This document shows, in pieces, positions 21,727-34,701 of a stretch of 64,000 nt of DNA. A program made the translations under genes and the position numbers. Source of the DNA: Ramazzottius varieornatus (lineage: Eukaryota > Animalia > Tardigrada); assembly GCA_001949185.1 (NCBI GenBank), contig BDGG01000008.1, positions 1,054,001 to 1,118,000 on the forward strand. Direction: 5' to 3'. The notes beneath the pieces are model-generated. The model was not told where the DNA came from. It worked only from the letters and a program-made list of their open reading frames with translations, and made no database searches. Within the stretch, counting starts at the first letter, position 1. The number at the start of each line of letters is the position of its first letter.

Positions 21727-24700
21727 ATGCCTCCCAAGGCCGTAGCTTCCACATCCCGTGTCGAGGGTAAGTTGGATTCCACACATGTTCCTTACTAGGT
21801 CTTAACCCAGTTGGCAACTTTTCACTTTCAGGCGGCCGGAATTCCTCACCAAAGAAAGCTGGTGAGTGCAAACTGCAAAGTTGCTACAAATTATATAAAC
21901 ACGTACTATCTTTCTGATGGTCACAAAACGTTCGAAACGTTTCATCTTGGTCCCAACAGCCGGCAAAGTCGCTACAGCCAAAGGATACAAACGACCGGAC
22001 AAGCTTCCTGCTGGTTTTGAGATTGAGGACAAAATGTCCAAGCGAACATGGAAGATCGGAGAAATGATTGGACAAGGTGGCTTCGCAGATGTCTATTCGG
22101 GTAAGTTTGCAGCTGATCCCAAATCTCAACCTACCAGCTCCTCTCGTACGGCTAGTCGAAAGAACAACATAGACTGATGCGTGTTCTCTGTAGTGACGGA
22201 TCAAGCATCGAAAGCCAGCTCGACGACTGCTTCGAAATACGTCCTCAAGCTGGTAATTATCCCGTAATTTAACCGTTTTAACGTGCTAGAAGAGTGTGAA
22301 ATACGTAGTGTGTTCGCCCTATTTGCTGGTTATCTGGGTTCAAGATGTGCCTCATCTTTCTGTTTTGTAGGAGCCCAAAGACAACGCTCCACTTTTTCAA
22401 GAATGCCATTTTTTCAAAGCTGCAGCCAAGAAGGAGCTCAGTATGCTCTAACATAGTCTTCCAGTACAATACTGTTCGTGTTGAATTTCTCTCTATTTTT
22501 TCTCCATATTTGAAGTCGCTGAGTTTGAACGAAAGCTTGGACTGAAGCACCTTGGAGTTCCTGAGTATGTAGCCAGTGGTGTGATGGAGTTCAACGACAA
22601 GTCCTTCCGATGGCTGGTCATGCCACGCTTGGGCCGTAACATTCACCAGATCCTGGAGGACAGCCAAGGAAAGTTTTCGCGTCAAACTATCATCATGCTG
22701 GCATCCCAACTCGTGAGTATGCAGGCGTGTAGAAGAAGTCGCCGTTTCTTGTTTTCGAAATGTCTATCGACTTTTTTTTGATTATGTCTTCCGTACTGTA
22801 GATTGACATTCTTGAGTACATTCATACACAAGGATACGCTCACGCTGACATCAAAGCGGGGAACCTCATGACAGGTGCCACCAAGTCAGATGCTGACCAG
22901 ATCTACCTCATTGACTATGGCTTGGTGAAGAAGTTTATGTCGGAAGGACAGCACATCCAATACGCCGAGAACCCCAAAGCTGCCCACGACGGAACGTTGG
23001 AACTCACCAGCATTGATGCCCATAAAGGAGCCGGTAATCTCTTTTTCCTTTCCAACCTGCTGGCTGTTCACTCGGTGGACGTATTGTACCCTTTGTCTTT
23101 CATAGCGCCAACTCGTCGAGGAGATCTCCAGATATTAGGCTTCAACGTGATCAAGTGGCTCATCGGGACACTTCCGTGGTCCGACAGCACTGATGCGAAC
23201 TTTGTCCGATCTCAAAAAATAACGTATATATAGCCACCTGATAAAATCCGTCCTCTTTCTACATTATTTTACTGACAGTCTCTTTTGTTTAGGTATCTTC
23301 AGAATATAACGGAGTTTTTCCGGGTGGCTTTTCCTCCCAACGAACAGCCGCCCAAAGAGATTGTGGACTACTTCAAGGAGATTAAAGATTTGAAGTATGA
23401 AGACAAGCCGAACTACAAAAAGCTTCGCGAGATCTTCTCAAAGGCTAGCAAAGATCTAAAGGTGCGAAAAAGTGATTTGTTTGGAGCGGCTACCACCAAC
23501 GCAGAAGTCGCCCCTGGTTCCCCGAAGAAAGCCACGCGAGGCAGGAAGGTCGGTGCATCGAGGAATGGCGATCAAGGCGAGACTTCGAAGGCCTTACCCA
23601 AGAAACGTTCCACCACGACGACGGCTAGCAAGACTTCGGTTGGCTCGCTGAACGGACATTCCAAAGACGACGTGAAACCTACTACCTCCTCCACAACAGG
23701 TAAAATGTTGCCTACAGTACCTACATACCCTGAAGCCTGAACCGCATATGCATCGGGATGAGAGAGTATGCACGTGAATGCGGAAGCGTAAGATACAACG
23801 AGTCATCCACCTGCATACACTGGGCTGTGCAAATCTTGTAGGGTCTGTGTATGCACGTTTGGATTGTGGAAGGCTTCTGTTGGCCTGTAGTGAATAATAT
23901 TGTTACTCTCAGGTTTAGCGAAGGCCAGATCGGCCCGAGCTCCTTCGGATGACACAGCTAACGCTCCTCGTGCGTCATCGTCGGGTTCCGCCGATGGCAT
24001 AAGAGTCTCCAGCTCGGAGGTATCAGCGGTTGTGGCGGGTCTGCCGGTTAACCAACAGCGAATCATCAAGGCCGCGTTACAAGAAACGAAGAACGGCGAT
24101 CAACTTAGTGAGGAGGTACTGTCAAAGCTGCCTGCGGGCTCACGTCGAAAGCTCAACGCCGCGGTGGCCGCCGATAACTACCCGAATCGGCAAATATCGG
24201 AGGATTCTGAGATGACCAACGATGATGACGAGGTCCAGCCTGTGACGGCCAAAGACTCGAAAGGTATACACTCCGTTCGTTCGAAATGTAACTCTTTTTT
24301 CAATTTCAAAAGAGGGAACTCAGGAAAGTTAACAAGGCTGCTCGCCATGCCCGAAACAGCAGGTCAGCTGTGTCTTGATCACTTGATCAAGCTAAGTATG
24401 GCATGGGGTAATCTTTGTGTTAATGTAGTTCGGCATCTAGCTTTTCATGCTGTAGGGTGGACGTATAATACGCCACAAATTGAAATGGAAAAATAGGAGT
24501 ATACATTTCGAACGAGCGGACTGCAGCGAGAAATTTGTCACTTGTAATATTGTCGAACTAATGCTGTGAATAGTGAGCAAACTCCGACGTTACTTGTTAC
24601 CGTAGGCTTGACGAAGGATGCTGCACCCAGTCGTTCTACTCGACCAACTCGCGCAGCTGCTAAAGGCGTCAACTATCGCGAGGAAGGGGTGTCTCCGCAT

Positions 24701-24730
24701 GTCCCGACCAAGCGAGTGAAGAAGTCTTAA
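21727..24730 (+). CDS. VRK1: VRK1/ballchen-family Ser/Thr kinase with long basic C-terminal tail
   Basis: IGQGGFADVY, HADIKAGN, VRK-type DYGL, AHDGTLELTSIDAHKG, RRGDLQILG. Multi-exon; the last exon ends ...KRVKKS* at 24730. Confidence 0.9.
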
Positions 24731-25117
24731 CTGTAAAGTACTGTAGTGAGCTGATACTTCTCGAGAAACCTCCCTTGATTTTGAGTTTTAGCTTTTTGAT
24801 ATCCGATAAGAACGCCCTCTCTGAATTCCAAAGTGCCTGCTTTTTTGTCATCACAGTACTCTGGATCTTTTTCTTATTCTTGTATTAGGTTTAAAGGCAG
24901 TCGTTTGCCTGACGATAGAAAAATCTGCGAAATATCTTGTGTTTGAGGTAGTTTCGCTTTCTCTGTCTAGTTTACACTAATAGCTGTAATATTTGTGAAA
25001 GAAGATGGAGAATGGAACACGAGGTACGAGCAGCAGCTAAAGGGCCACTCCACGGTGGTCACTGTCACTGTCACCATGTGAGTTACCCCGAACAACTTCG
25101 AAGTAGCGTCCATTATC

Positions 25118-25945
25118 TCAACCGAAATTGCGAGGTTTGCAGATTTTAGCACAAGTCAAAGGGCTCGTGGTCCCAGTCAGAAGATATGTGCAGCCCTCGT
25201 CAGGTGCTCCGTGGTCACACAAGCATTGATCAATGTGACTTCCGGCAGTGCAATCCTTTGGAGTTGTACCCGAAGGGTCCGAAGCGCAAGTTTGCGCGCA
25301 GGTCAGAGCAGTTGCAATTCCGGTTCCCATACCATTAAAAGAACAATTGGGATCAGGAACTAGACCTGCGTCTATGCAGGTTCGGATAAGAGCGTCTCCA
25401 GTGAGTACAGTTGTAGTAGCGACCGTCGTAGTGGTGGCTGTTACTGCTGTAGTTGTGCTTGATGCCGTGCCAGTGGCGGTAGCTGCTGTGGTCGTACTGG
25501 TGGTGGCGGCGGTACGGATCGTCGAGGGTGAGGGAGTGAAAAGGAAGTAAGAGTTGCCCACGAACACGTCGAGATTGCTTTGGTCGTTGACGGTGAATTG
25601 GCCAGGCAAGATAGGTGAATCGAATTGTCCCTGAAACTGGGAGGGGATGGTATCAGTACTGAGGCAGCTTACTCGGCAGTTGACAGGCACGTTGTTGGAG
25701 TCGACGATCACCGGCACGTAGGAACATCCATCAGGTGCTGCCTGGCCGGCCAGAGCTTGACATCCAGCCGCGGTGGTTTGACCGGCTGAAAGGGGAACCA
25801 ACCCAATATACTGGAAAAACTCAGGGTTGATTAGTTGGTTCAGATAAGAAAAGCTTTGGCGCTTTTGACGGTTTGTGTTGTCTCTGGTTGCCACAAGACC
25901 TATAATCAATACGACGAAGATCGATAGAACGGTTAACCGTTTCAT
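25118..25945 (-). CDS. Single-exon secreted protein: signal peptide, furin site, Thr-rich linker, two Cys-rich repeats
   Basis: MKRLTVLSIFVVLIIGLVA signal, RQKR|Q, Thr/Ala tract, then CIDAGLVPDPNC..LTCAQTC and CLCDHGAPDEGC..LTCAKIC. Confidence 0.8.
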   Translation of the reverse strand: MKRLTVLSIFVVLIIGLVATRDNTNRQKRQSFSYLNQLINPEFFQYIGLVPLSAGQTTAAGCQALAGQAAPDGCSYVPVIVDSNNVPVNCRVSCLSTDTIPSQFQGQFDSPILPGQFTVNDQSNLDVFVGNSYFLFTPSPSTIRTAATTSTTTAATATGTASSTTTAVTATTTTVATTTVLTGDALIRTCIDAGLVPDPNCSFNGMGTGIATALTCAQTCASDPSGTTPKDCTAGSHIDQCLCDHGAPDEGCTYLLTGTTSPLTCAKICKPRNFG

Positions 25946-27012
25946 GGTGAACAAAACTTTGACGACCAACTCGAAAAATCTCGCAGGAACCTAGTCGATG
26001 ATGATTCTCTCGTTCGGTCCATGCCTGTTCTGCTTTTTAAGTAATCTTCATGGGCGGCTTCGAAGGAAACTGTCTCGATCGTGCCCCAAATCTTCATTGA
26101 TGAGTCGCAATTAGGTAGTTCGCACGCTGGGTAGTGCGTTCAATGGGTTCGTGAGGTACTACGGAAAAGCAGGGGTAATTTGGGGCGTCCTTATTGGTTT
26201 GATGACACTTACAGATGTGAAGCAACTTTCGTTTTTTTGCTGCTGCTGTTCTCCGCTTAATTTTGCTGCTGCTCTTCTCCGCTAAACTTAATGGTTTGTG
26301 ACAGTAAAAGGCGCTTAACAAAAGGTTCTTGATATCAGCTAACTTAGGTTGCCGGCCCCTCTTATTCGGGGCAACATACTACATTTGAATTCGAGGCGAT
26401 TATATTAGGTACTATTGAATGAGGACACTCTGAGCAGATGATTACACTAAACTGTTTCGATTACGAAAAGATAGGCAGCTCGTTCTAAGCATTGTTCGTC
26501 TACAACGAAGTCAGTCAGAGTTTTGTCGGAGACGTTGCCACAGACGAAAAAGCGGGGTTTTAACTTCCAATGTAACAACTAATTGTCTTATCATACAGCA
26601 CGATTTAACCGTTTTCCCCTAATCGCTAATTTACGTGCTCTTTCCGATCCATGGCGACCAGCGTTTTATGGGCAAAATATTGATTATTGGGAGGCCGACA
26701 AACAAAACCGGGATGATGTTCATCCCAAGTGGCGCAGCTTCTTTTTTATTAGCTGGAAACGTGCGCCAGTTGAGATAAAGACCATCCCAAAATTGCCTGT
26801 CGGCCTCTCGGTTTTTCCGCTTAAATGTCAAAGGGATAACTGCTTTCGCGTTAATGGTATTTTACTGGGCGTTCAGAATTCCGGTAGAATATCAAATAAG
26901 AAGGTTTAATGCACAGTAACTGAGAAATAGATGACGAGGTATCTGGTTGTAAACGGACACCATGGTGGTGGAATTTATTGGTGATACGGGTCGCGAGAAC
27001 TCTTGGTTGACG

Positions 27013-28185
27013 TCAGAAGGCTATTCCTGCAGGTAACGTGATCATGACAGGGGTGTTCAATAGATGGTCAAATGCGCTCTGCTGTACAATCTTCCGATGC
27101 GTTAATAAAGCGAAGCAGTCTTTCCAGATGTCCAGATCGTCCTGGCTATCGCACGCGAAGCAGTACACGTCACCGCGAAGCCAGTCATGACCGCCCACCG
27201 CCATCAATAGGGATTGACTTGACGTCTTGGGAACCACGCAGACAAGTTCCTCAAAGCTGGATGTGGCCGAAGACGGTGATTGTGGAACGATTAACGAAAT
27301 AACCGACGGGGAAGTACAGATGCACAAGCCTTTTCCGGCGGTCTCCAGGAAGGAAGTTAGTAAGCTGTGGGCTGGTGGGGAACTCGACAGGATAGGCAGC
27401 TTAGGTGTCTGTGGAGGCGAGATCGCCATACCCTCGAGCTGCGCCTCAACATCATCTACTCGAAATCAAGGAATAATCAGAACTTCCGGGTTCAGACAAA
27501 GGGCGAGGCAAGGCGTATGTGTCGGCCACCCCTTGAATTTGCCGGTGTTACGTCATGGGTGACCGATTTAAGATTCTCAAACCCATGCTGCCACGAAAAT
27601 ATTGTTGCCGAGTACGTAACGGGGAAAAGGTTTGAACGTACCTGGGCGTATTGAATGAGAAAGCGGCTTAAGATGTTTCGGACACAGCTTGCGCACCACG
27701 TCCTCCCCGAAGGCACACACTCGCCATGGAACAAACAACACTTCCTCCAGCTCTCCAGTCAGCTTCTTGTTATATAAGCTAAATTTGGCTGGCTTGTACC
27801 ACGCGAACCTTCCATCGCTCCATATTGCCGCAAAGTACTTCTTCCACCCGTTCTTGGTCGTTTCCCGATCCAGCGTCAAAATCCGAGACAGTTTTTCTTC
27901 CTTTGCTCGATACAGAAGCTCTTCCGGGGTCTTCTTCTCGGCATTCTGTTCAAAGTACCAAATGTATCCCATGTGGAGCACCCCATCAAAGTCAGGGTTC
28001 CAGCTGTTCTTCTTCTTCAGGGAAGGCTTCTTCGAGATGGGAGCTTTCGGGGAAGTGGAAGCGTGCTCGAAGGTTGTCCTCTCGCCTAACGGAGCAGCGA
28101 GCTCGTTGGGTAGTGGGACGTCGAATAAACCACTTCCGCTAGACGTTTTACGAGCAGGTGGAGATTTCTCTGGTGTCTTCGCCAT
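27013..28185 (-). CDS. Evectin/PLEKHB-like PH-domain protein with inserted low-complexity loops
   Basis: Exons 28185-27641 and 27455-27013 join in phase 1. GWKKYFAAIWSDGRFAWY resembles the evectin WKKNWFDLWSDG motif; C-terminal PH helix SQDDLDIWKDCF. Confidence 0.65.
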
Positions 28186-30046
28186 CTTCAGTATCCGAAT
28201 CAGTCATCAAAATTAGAAAACAAAGTCAGGTCCAGCTCGGGTAATGTATAGGAACGCGGAAGATAGCTATACGAGTAGGGGCCGGAACAGAAAGAAGTCC
28301 AAAGGGAACAGCACAGAGTGCGAATCGATAACTTTAACGTCCTGTTTTTGACAGAGAGCTTGAATGCCTGGAACTCAGTAAGTTGATTGTGAAGCTGGGA
28401 GCTGCCACATGCTGGGATGTTTATGTAAATGCCATCCATTCCGGGAAGTTTCTGCTCAGAGGACGCCAGAGGGGAAATCGATTGACGCTTTCGATGCCTG
28501 GCTCATTCGGTACGTACATGCTCCAGTTCCCCGTCGCCCCACCGGAAACGACCACTGCAGATGATCGTGTTGACTCCTGGCCGGACCCGTGCTTACTTTG
28601 CCTTGCGACGAACTTATGTGTAGTTTACACAGCGAGCCTACTCGATTGACAAGAATGAAGCGGGACAGTTATAGTATCAGAGGTCTACCAAAGTAGTACT
28701 CAAAAACGGCGACGAGTCGGCAATGGGAATAACAGAACCTGGAGCGTTCTAAACTGGAATTCGTGTGCCGAAATTAACACGGCAATCTGGGTGACCATCA
28801 GAATCAAAGGTAGCTTCCAGACGTCTTGATTAGGGTACAACTCAGTTTGACAAGAGCGAACTGGCACGAGTTTCCGACCAAGAAATACAAATAAACAGTA
28901 CAGAACGGAGTAACTACGGTCATTTACGCCTCCGGAATACTCTGAAGTCTGGTATTCATATTCCGTCTGCTCCAAGATATTTTTTCATCTTCGTCAGCTG
29001 GTTATCCAGGAAATCGTAGGGCTCTCGGAGTTCTTTGGCAAGCCAGGCGGTTTAGGCGCACTCAAAAGCCCAAAAACGCGTCTCGCAAACCGTTAGCCAA
29101 AGTTACCGCGTGGTACTTGACACGGCAGCAACGCCACTTCTGTTCCTCCATAACCTAGCTCCTATTTCACTCTCCCTTTGTCATCCGAGGCCCAGACACG
29201 CATCTTCGTGGTAAGGTTACCACCATTCCGGCCATCAGGTCCCTGTAATTTTCGGCAACCCATCCGATATCTTCGCAGAGTTCGTCAGCAGAAATTGCGT
29301 TTGGACCAACGACATAGAAGACTTCATGTCCATGCTTCAGATCTTTGTCAGAGACTCCGCGTCCTTCACTTTGCGACAGTCTTCGGGACGTACCAGTACC
29401 GCAGCATCCCATGCAGGTTCATCGCAGTCGGTATTATTGGACGCTAAAGGTAAGAAAGCAGCAACACAATATGAGCATACCAAATACCATACAATGCAGA
29501 GACTAGATTACCATTTTTAATGTACTCGTCCAGAATTCGGCCACTGCACATGATAGGAACCGAGTCGGTGTACCAGACAGATTCAGATCATGTAGGCCTA
29601 CCTTCTCGTCTTCCAGGTCCGCAGCAGGTACTTGCGACTGCATAGTCCTCCTCTGCCATTATTAACCTTGAGCTACCTCATCCAAGACCCAGAGAAAGGC
29701 CAGAAGGCATAATGGTCATGCAGCCGATAGTAACAATGAATGATATACTTCTCTTGTGAGCTGTGACCACAACGTGAATGCGCTAAAAGATTAACGTCAT
29801 GGACATATAACATATGGAGAGTAAGGTGTTTCAAAGTCAGGTCACAGCATGTCAACAGGCAGAGTCGAAATCTCAATGTAGAAGTACACACTAGCGACAA
29901 GTCTCCACAAGTCACATTTTGGTGGATGGTCATCCTTCATGATCCTTGTGCGCTCTGGATCCCACAGTCTTAACACTATCTGCGAACGTCTCGTTGGGAT
30001 TTGACGAAGGAGCACATAACGAAGGGAGGTGCTATTCTATTAGACG

Positions 30047-31362
30047 ATGGTAAGTGACCCCTCTCGCGCATACGTACCTCAGTGACGTATTCTGAGTGTC
30101 GAATGTTCCTTCTCATAAGGACTGACTTGTGTACTCATCGCATCTTACGTTGTAGATTCAGTTCTTGCTGCTCTTCAGCCGTCAAGGAAAGTTACGCCTG
30201 CAGAAATGGTACGTGGCTACGGAAGAGAAGCAGAAAAAGAAGTTATCGCGAGAGCTGATCAACGTTGTCCTTCAACGCAAGCCCAAAATGTGTAGCTTCT
30301 TGGAATGGAAAGACATGAAGATTGTATATAAGAGGTACTCGTCTTTCATGCAGTACGTATGAGGGAACTCTAGCATAAGACTGTTTTGCTTCTTGTAGAT
30401 ATGCCAGTTTGTACTTCTGTTGCGCCGTGGAGTCGACGGATAACGAGCTACTGATACTGGAGATCATCCATCGTTATGTCGAGCTGCTGGACAAATACTT
30501 TGGCTCGGTGTGCGAACTGGACATTATCTTCAACTTCGAGAAAGCCTACTTTATCCTCGACGAGTTCATCTTGGGCGGAGAGGTCCAGGAGACTAGCAAG
30601 AAGAATGTCCTGAAAGCTGTTTCCGCTCAAGACGTTATGCAAGAGGTATGTTCTCTTCCTTGTTTGTCAAAATTTGGCCATTGAGATTACGGCTGCTTCG
30701 CTCACTGCTTTCTAACTGCTGCTCTTCTACTTGCACTGATGCTGTCACACTTTTTGTTTTGCGTTACCACGTCGAGGTCTGGGTTGATGTCTGCTTCTCG
30801 TTCCTTGCATGTCTTTATCGTGGCTACTCTTTCCGGCTTGCGAACCTTGTGGTAGGAAAGGAGGAAGGTTTGCCCAATATGTTTTCTGACGGTGGTCGTT
30901 TGTTTGTTGAAGGACGAAGCGGTGACTAGTGCGCTGGAGGAGTTCGGCCTGGTTTAGCGTGGCTCTTCAGCTTTGCTTCGGCCACACATGATATACTTCC
31001 CTCCGCCAAATCTCCAAATCGTCCGGAATCCAGACTTGCACGCACGCCTTGTTTTATCCCCTTGAAACTCTTACTCGGGTTCTGTTATCGATGAATGACA
31101 GCAGGTCTTCACATTCCAGTTTTTATGTAGTGGTTGCGGTTTTATCCTCGTCAGTTCTTTGGGGGCGAGATTAAGGTTTCTTGATTCGGTTTCTGCTGGC
31201 TTTTCCGTTGCGTCCTTTCGCGTTCTCTTGTTGACTGTGTGCTTCTGTTATTAGCTTGAGTTGTAGAAGAATGAATAAAGGTCTCACCAAATGACACTGT
31301 CTTCTTTTATATCGCAGGAAGAAACACCACAGGGCGTCTTTGAGGATCATGGACTGGGTTAG
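30047..31362 (+). CDS. AP1S: AP-1 complex subunit sigma, with two alternative last exons (30913-30957 or 31318-31362)
   Basis: ATG micro-exon 30047-30049, exons 30156-30334 and 30399-30645. [41 protein letters not shown]. Confidence 0.95.
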
Positions 31363-31778
31363 TCATTCCGGAAGTAATCAGCCCGACTTCCGGTTGGGTT
31401 TCTGCTGCTTCCTCTGACCGCCCTACCGGGGGCGAATGCATTCCGGTTTGGCTCGCAGGTACCTAAACTTCTATTTTGACATTCACAATGTTTACTGTGG
31501 TGATTTCTTTCAGTGTGTTTCACAACGGGTGATGCAAATGTTCCTGACCTGTACTTTCTTCACTAAGTTATTTTGTAGCTATGCTTCCAAGAGATCCACA
31601 GTAGCACTGTATCTAACAAGACGATGGATATTGATTTATAAAAGTTTTAATTTGAACTACGAGTGGAATACACCATGTTCTTCGGTATGGAAGAGCCGGC
31701 TTGGCACAGTCAATCACCAGTCTTGAGAATATCACCGAATCACATTAAGAAGAAGATGCAGAAACCTCCTTGGCATCG

Positions 31779-33956
31779 TCAGGCCTTCCTGGTTTGTTTG
31801 TGGGGGTTCTCGTCTCGCCACATCGACCTGACTTGAGGCAACATACTCATGGTTATCCTTGGTGGTGCTTCAGACGGCTTATTCTTGAGATTGTCCAGCA
31901 CGAGAACCACACTCCACACAGTGGTGTCATCTAGTTCGTCACGCGGAGGTAGCTTTACCACTGTATTTCCTTGTTCGTCGAGCGTCCACTTGAGTACTCC
32001 GGGTCCGCCAAGCACCTTAACGGTGGTCAGTTTCGAGAACTTGGGCGCACCTAATGTGATGTTCTTCTTGGCTGGCTGCAAGTAGATGGCGTAGACCAAG
32101 CCGGTCTTCTTCGACTGCGTGTACCTTCAAACAGACACTTTCAAACATAAAAAGGCAGCTGGAAGAAACAAGAACTCTACGAGAACACTTTGTAAAACTG
32201 TAGCTGCAGTAAACTTTACCAAACGTGAGGGTTGACAGTGTCGTTCTGGTGTATCCAAGGTTTGGTCGCGTATATAGCTTCACCATTAACGTCCAGCCAA
32301 GAACCCATTTGGTAAAGACGCTCCTGAAAGATCGAAGCTATGGTCCCGTCCGAAGTGGGTCCAATGTTTAGCAAGAGGTTCCCCCCACAACTGCAACATT
32401 CACAAGGCCATCTATCGTGTTACTTTCTTTGTTATCGGAGTGCACTACTAAACTGAAAGTCTGTACGATAGGGCGGATGACACAGTGCGAGACAACCAAC
32501 CTGACAGCTCGCGTGAGGGCTTCGATAAGCTCGGCCGCAGTACGAAGGTTCTCCACTACCATATCTCGACGATAACCCCAACTATACATGTCAACGGTCA
32601 GGCAGTTCTCCCACTTCTTCGGCAGAAGTTGCCCTGTACATACGTGAGCGGTAAAACAAGACAGTTGATCAAAGGCGGACCAAGCGAACATGGAGGACAG
32701 TAAACGGGACATACGTTAGGACAATAGGAAGGTAATACCGGGATCGAACGAGTCTTCACAGGTTAGGAAGCTTCCGTGCTTGCATCGAGTCTCATTTCCC
32801 CAGCGATCGTTCGTCACGACGGTATCTTTAACCGGCCTAAACAGAAGTACCAGAACATTCATCATCAGTAAACTCACTGTGAGAAAGTGAGAACACTACA
32901 GTGGGCAGTTAACTTACGATTCGTTGAAGAGCCAGGCGATAAATCCGGTGCTGTTCCAGTAGGTGGAAGAAGCTTCCCATTCACCATCGCTCCATATGAC
33001 TTCCGGTTCGTAGGTCCTGACAATCTCGTACAGTTCCGGAAGAGCCTTCGCGTCAGGGAAGTTGCGCGTTCGATATCCATTAGCTTTGTCTTCCAGATAC
33101 AACGGATGAAACCTTCAAAATGCAAAAACGCAAAAACCTGCTCGCCTTGTTGGACAAGAACTATGGCATGTGCAATAGCACATCACACTCACCATTCGAA
33201 CATCGAGTGATACAATCCAAACTTCAGTTTCGTCTGGTTCTTTATAGCCGTTGCAAACTCTCCTACCTGTATGCGCAAAAGCTCTAAACTGGGTTCGCAC
33301 ACATATCTTCAGTCACGTAATTACCAAGTCCCGATTGGGACCGACGTCCATAGAGTTCCAGTTGAACGAGTACTTCGATGGCCACATTGTGTATCCTTCG
33401 TGGTGCTTGCTCGTAAGAACCACGTACCTACCAGAAAATCCAGTTATCAAGCCGGGACGCATTTAGGTTTTCAAACGATTAAATGTGAAAGATAATAGGT
33501 ACTTCGCCCCGGAAGATTCGAACACTTTGGCCCAGTGGACTGGATCGAAGAACGATGCATGGAAGTCTTTCGCGAAGTCACCGTAGGTGAAGTCTGGAGG
33601 ATAGTTGGTCCTCATGAAGTCCTGCGCCTGTTTGTTCCCAGTTTTCCAAGTATACCAAAACCTCCAATAAGATATAGATCAATAATTATGTTCAGGAAGT
33701 TTGTGGTCAGAGTAGAGTGTAATCTGTGGACTCACCATTCACTCACTAGAGCAGGAACGCTGAAAACTCCCCAATGTATGAAGATTCCAAACTTCGAGTC
33801 GTCATACCACTCCGGGTTCGGGCGCTTGTCCAACGACTCCCAAGTAGGTTCGTACTTGACGGAGTCCTGGGATTTCCTGGAAAGTTCGTCTGGCCATTGC
33901 GAATAAGCTGCGGTCAGGTATACAGCGAAGACAGCAACCACCAGTTGCATATGCAT
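31779..33956 (-). CDS. FUCA: Alpha-L-fucosidase (GH29), secreted/lysosomal
   Basis: Signal peptide, [59 protein letters not shown]. Multi-exon. Confidence 0.95.
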
Positions 33957-34701
33957 TGTAGGCGGAATGATGAAAACGGAAGTAATGCGAGAACCTTCGC
34001 AGTTTGCCACTCGCTCACCATCCGTTGCTCAACGATCCTTGTTCTACCTACAGGACGAAGGACAGCATAACACCCGTTAGGTGAATCCGATTCGCTGCTG
34101 TGAGGTACTTAGCAAATTCGATAAAATTAAATTAATGAACGGACGAGGATGTAGTCCGATTTATATTTACACTTTCAGAATTCAGACTTTGTACAGTATC
34201 CACTTTGCGATAAACACTGGCTCGACGGTTTCGCTCGAAGTCTCGAACAATCATTTATTATACAGATTGCGAGCGAAAGAGCACTAGCACAAATTCGATA
34301 CGCATATGAACATCGTGACATCATATGTAAACATTGTGCGACTCTTTTAACACAGAGCCTACGAGACGAACTTGTTCCTCTGATGTTACGATGTTCTTCT
34401 GCGTATCGAGTTGTGGTAGTGCACTTTCGCTCGCAATCTCTATACTACTTTGTTTTGTTGTTTGCATTTTCCTAATTCTCAGTTCGCAATTTTCAAGTTT
34501 TCATCCGCTTGACTTTGAAGAGCCAGTCTGATCTTCCTGGCGCGCTCGGTATGAGTGAAGCTCCTGTTAGTGGGGGCATCACCTTTGCTGACAGAAAAGA
34601 TCTGGATAGCGCTCCCTCTCATCGAACAACCAACGGTGCGTTTTCGTCGAAATCCGAGATATTCCAGCGCTACTTCGGTTTGTCGAACAATCATCTCGAG
34701 C

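Noticed and set aside
23812-23855. Intronic hairpin in VRK, faintly miR-10-like
   Set aside because: About 44 nt, a poor inner stem and no real match to the mature miR-10 sequence.
28700-29660. Exon-like minus-strand segments upstream of the PH gene
   Set aside because: I could not build a consistent open frame or recognise a product.
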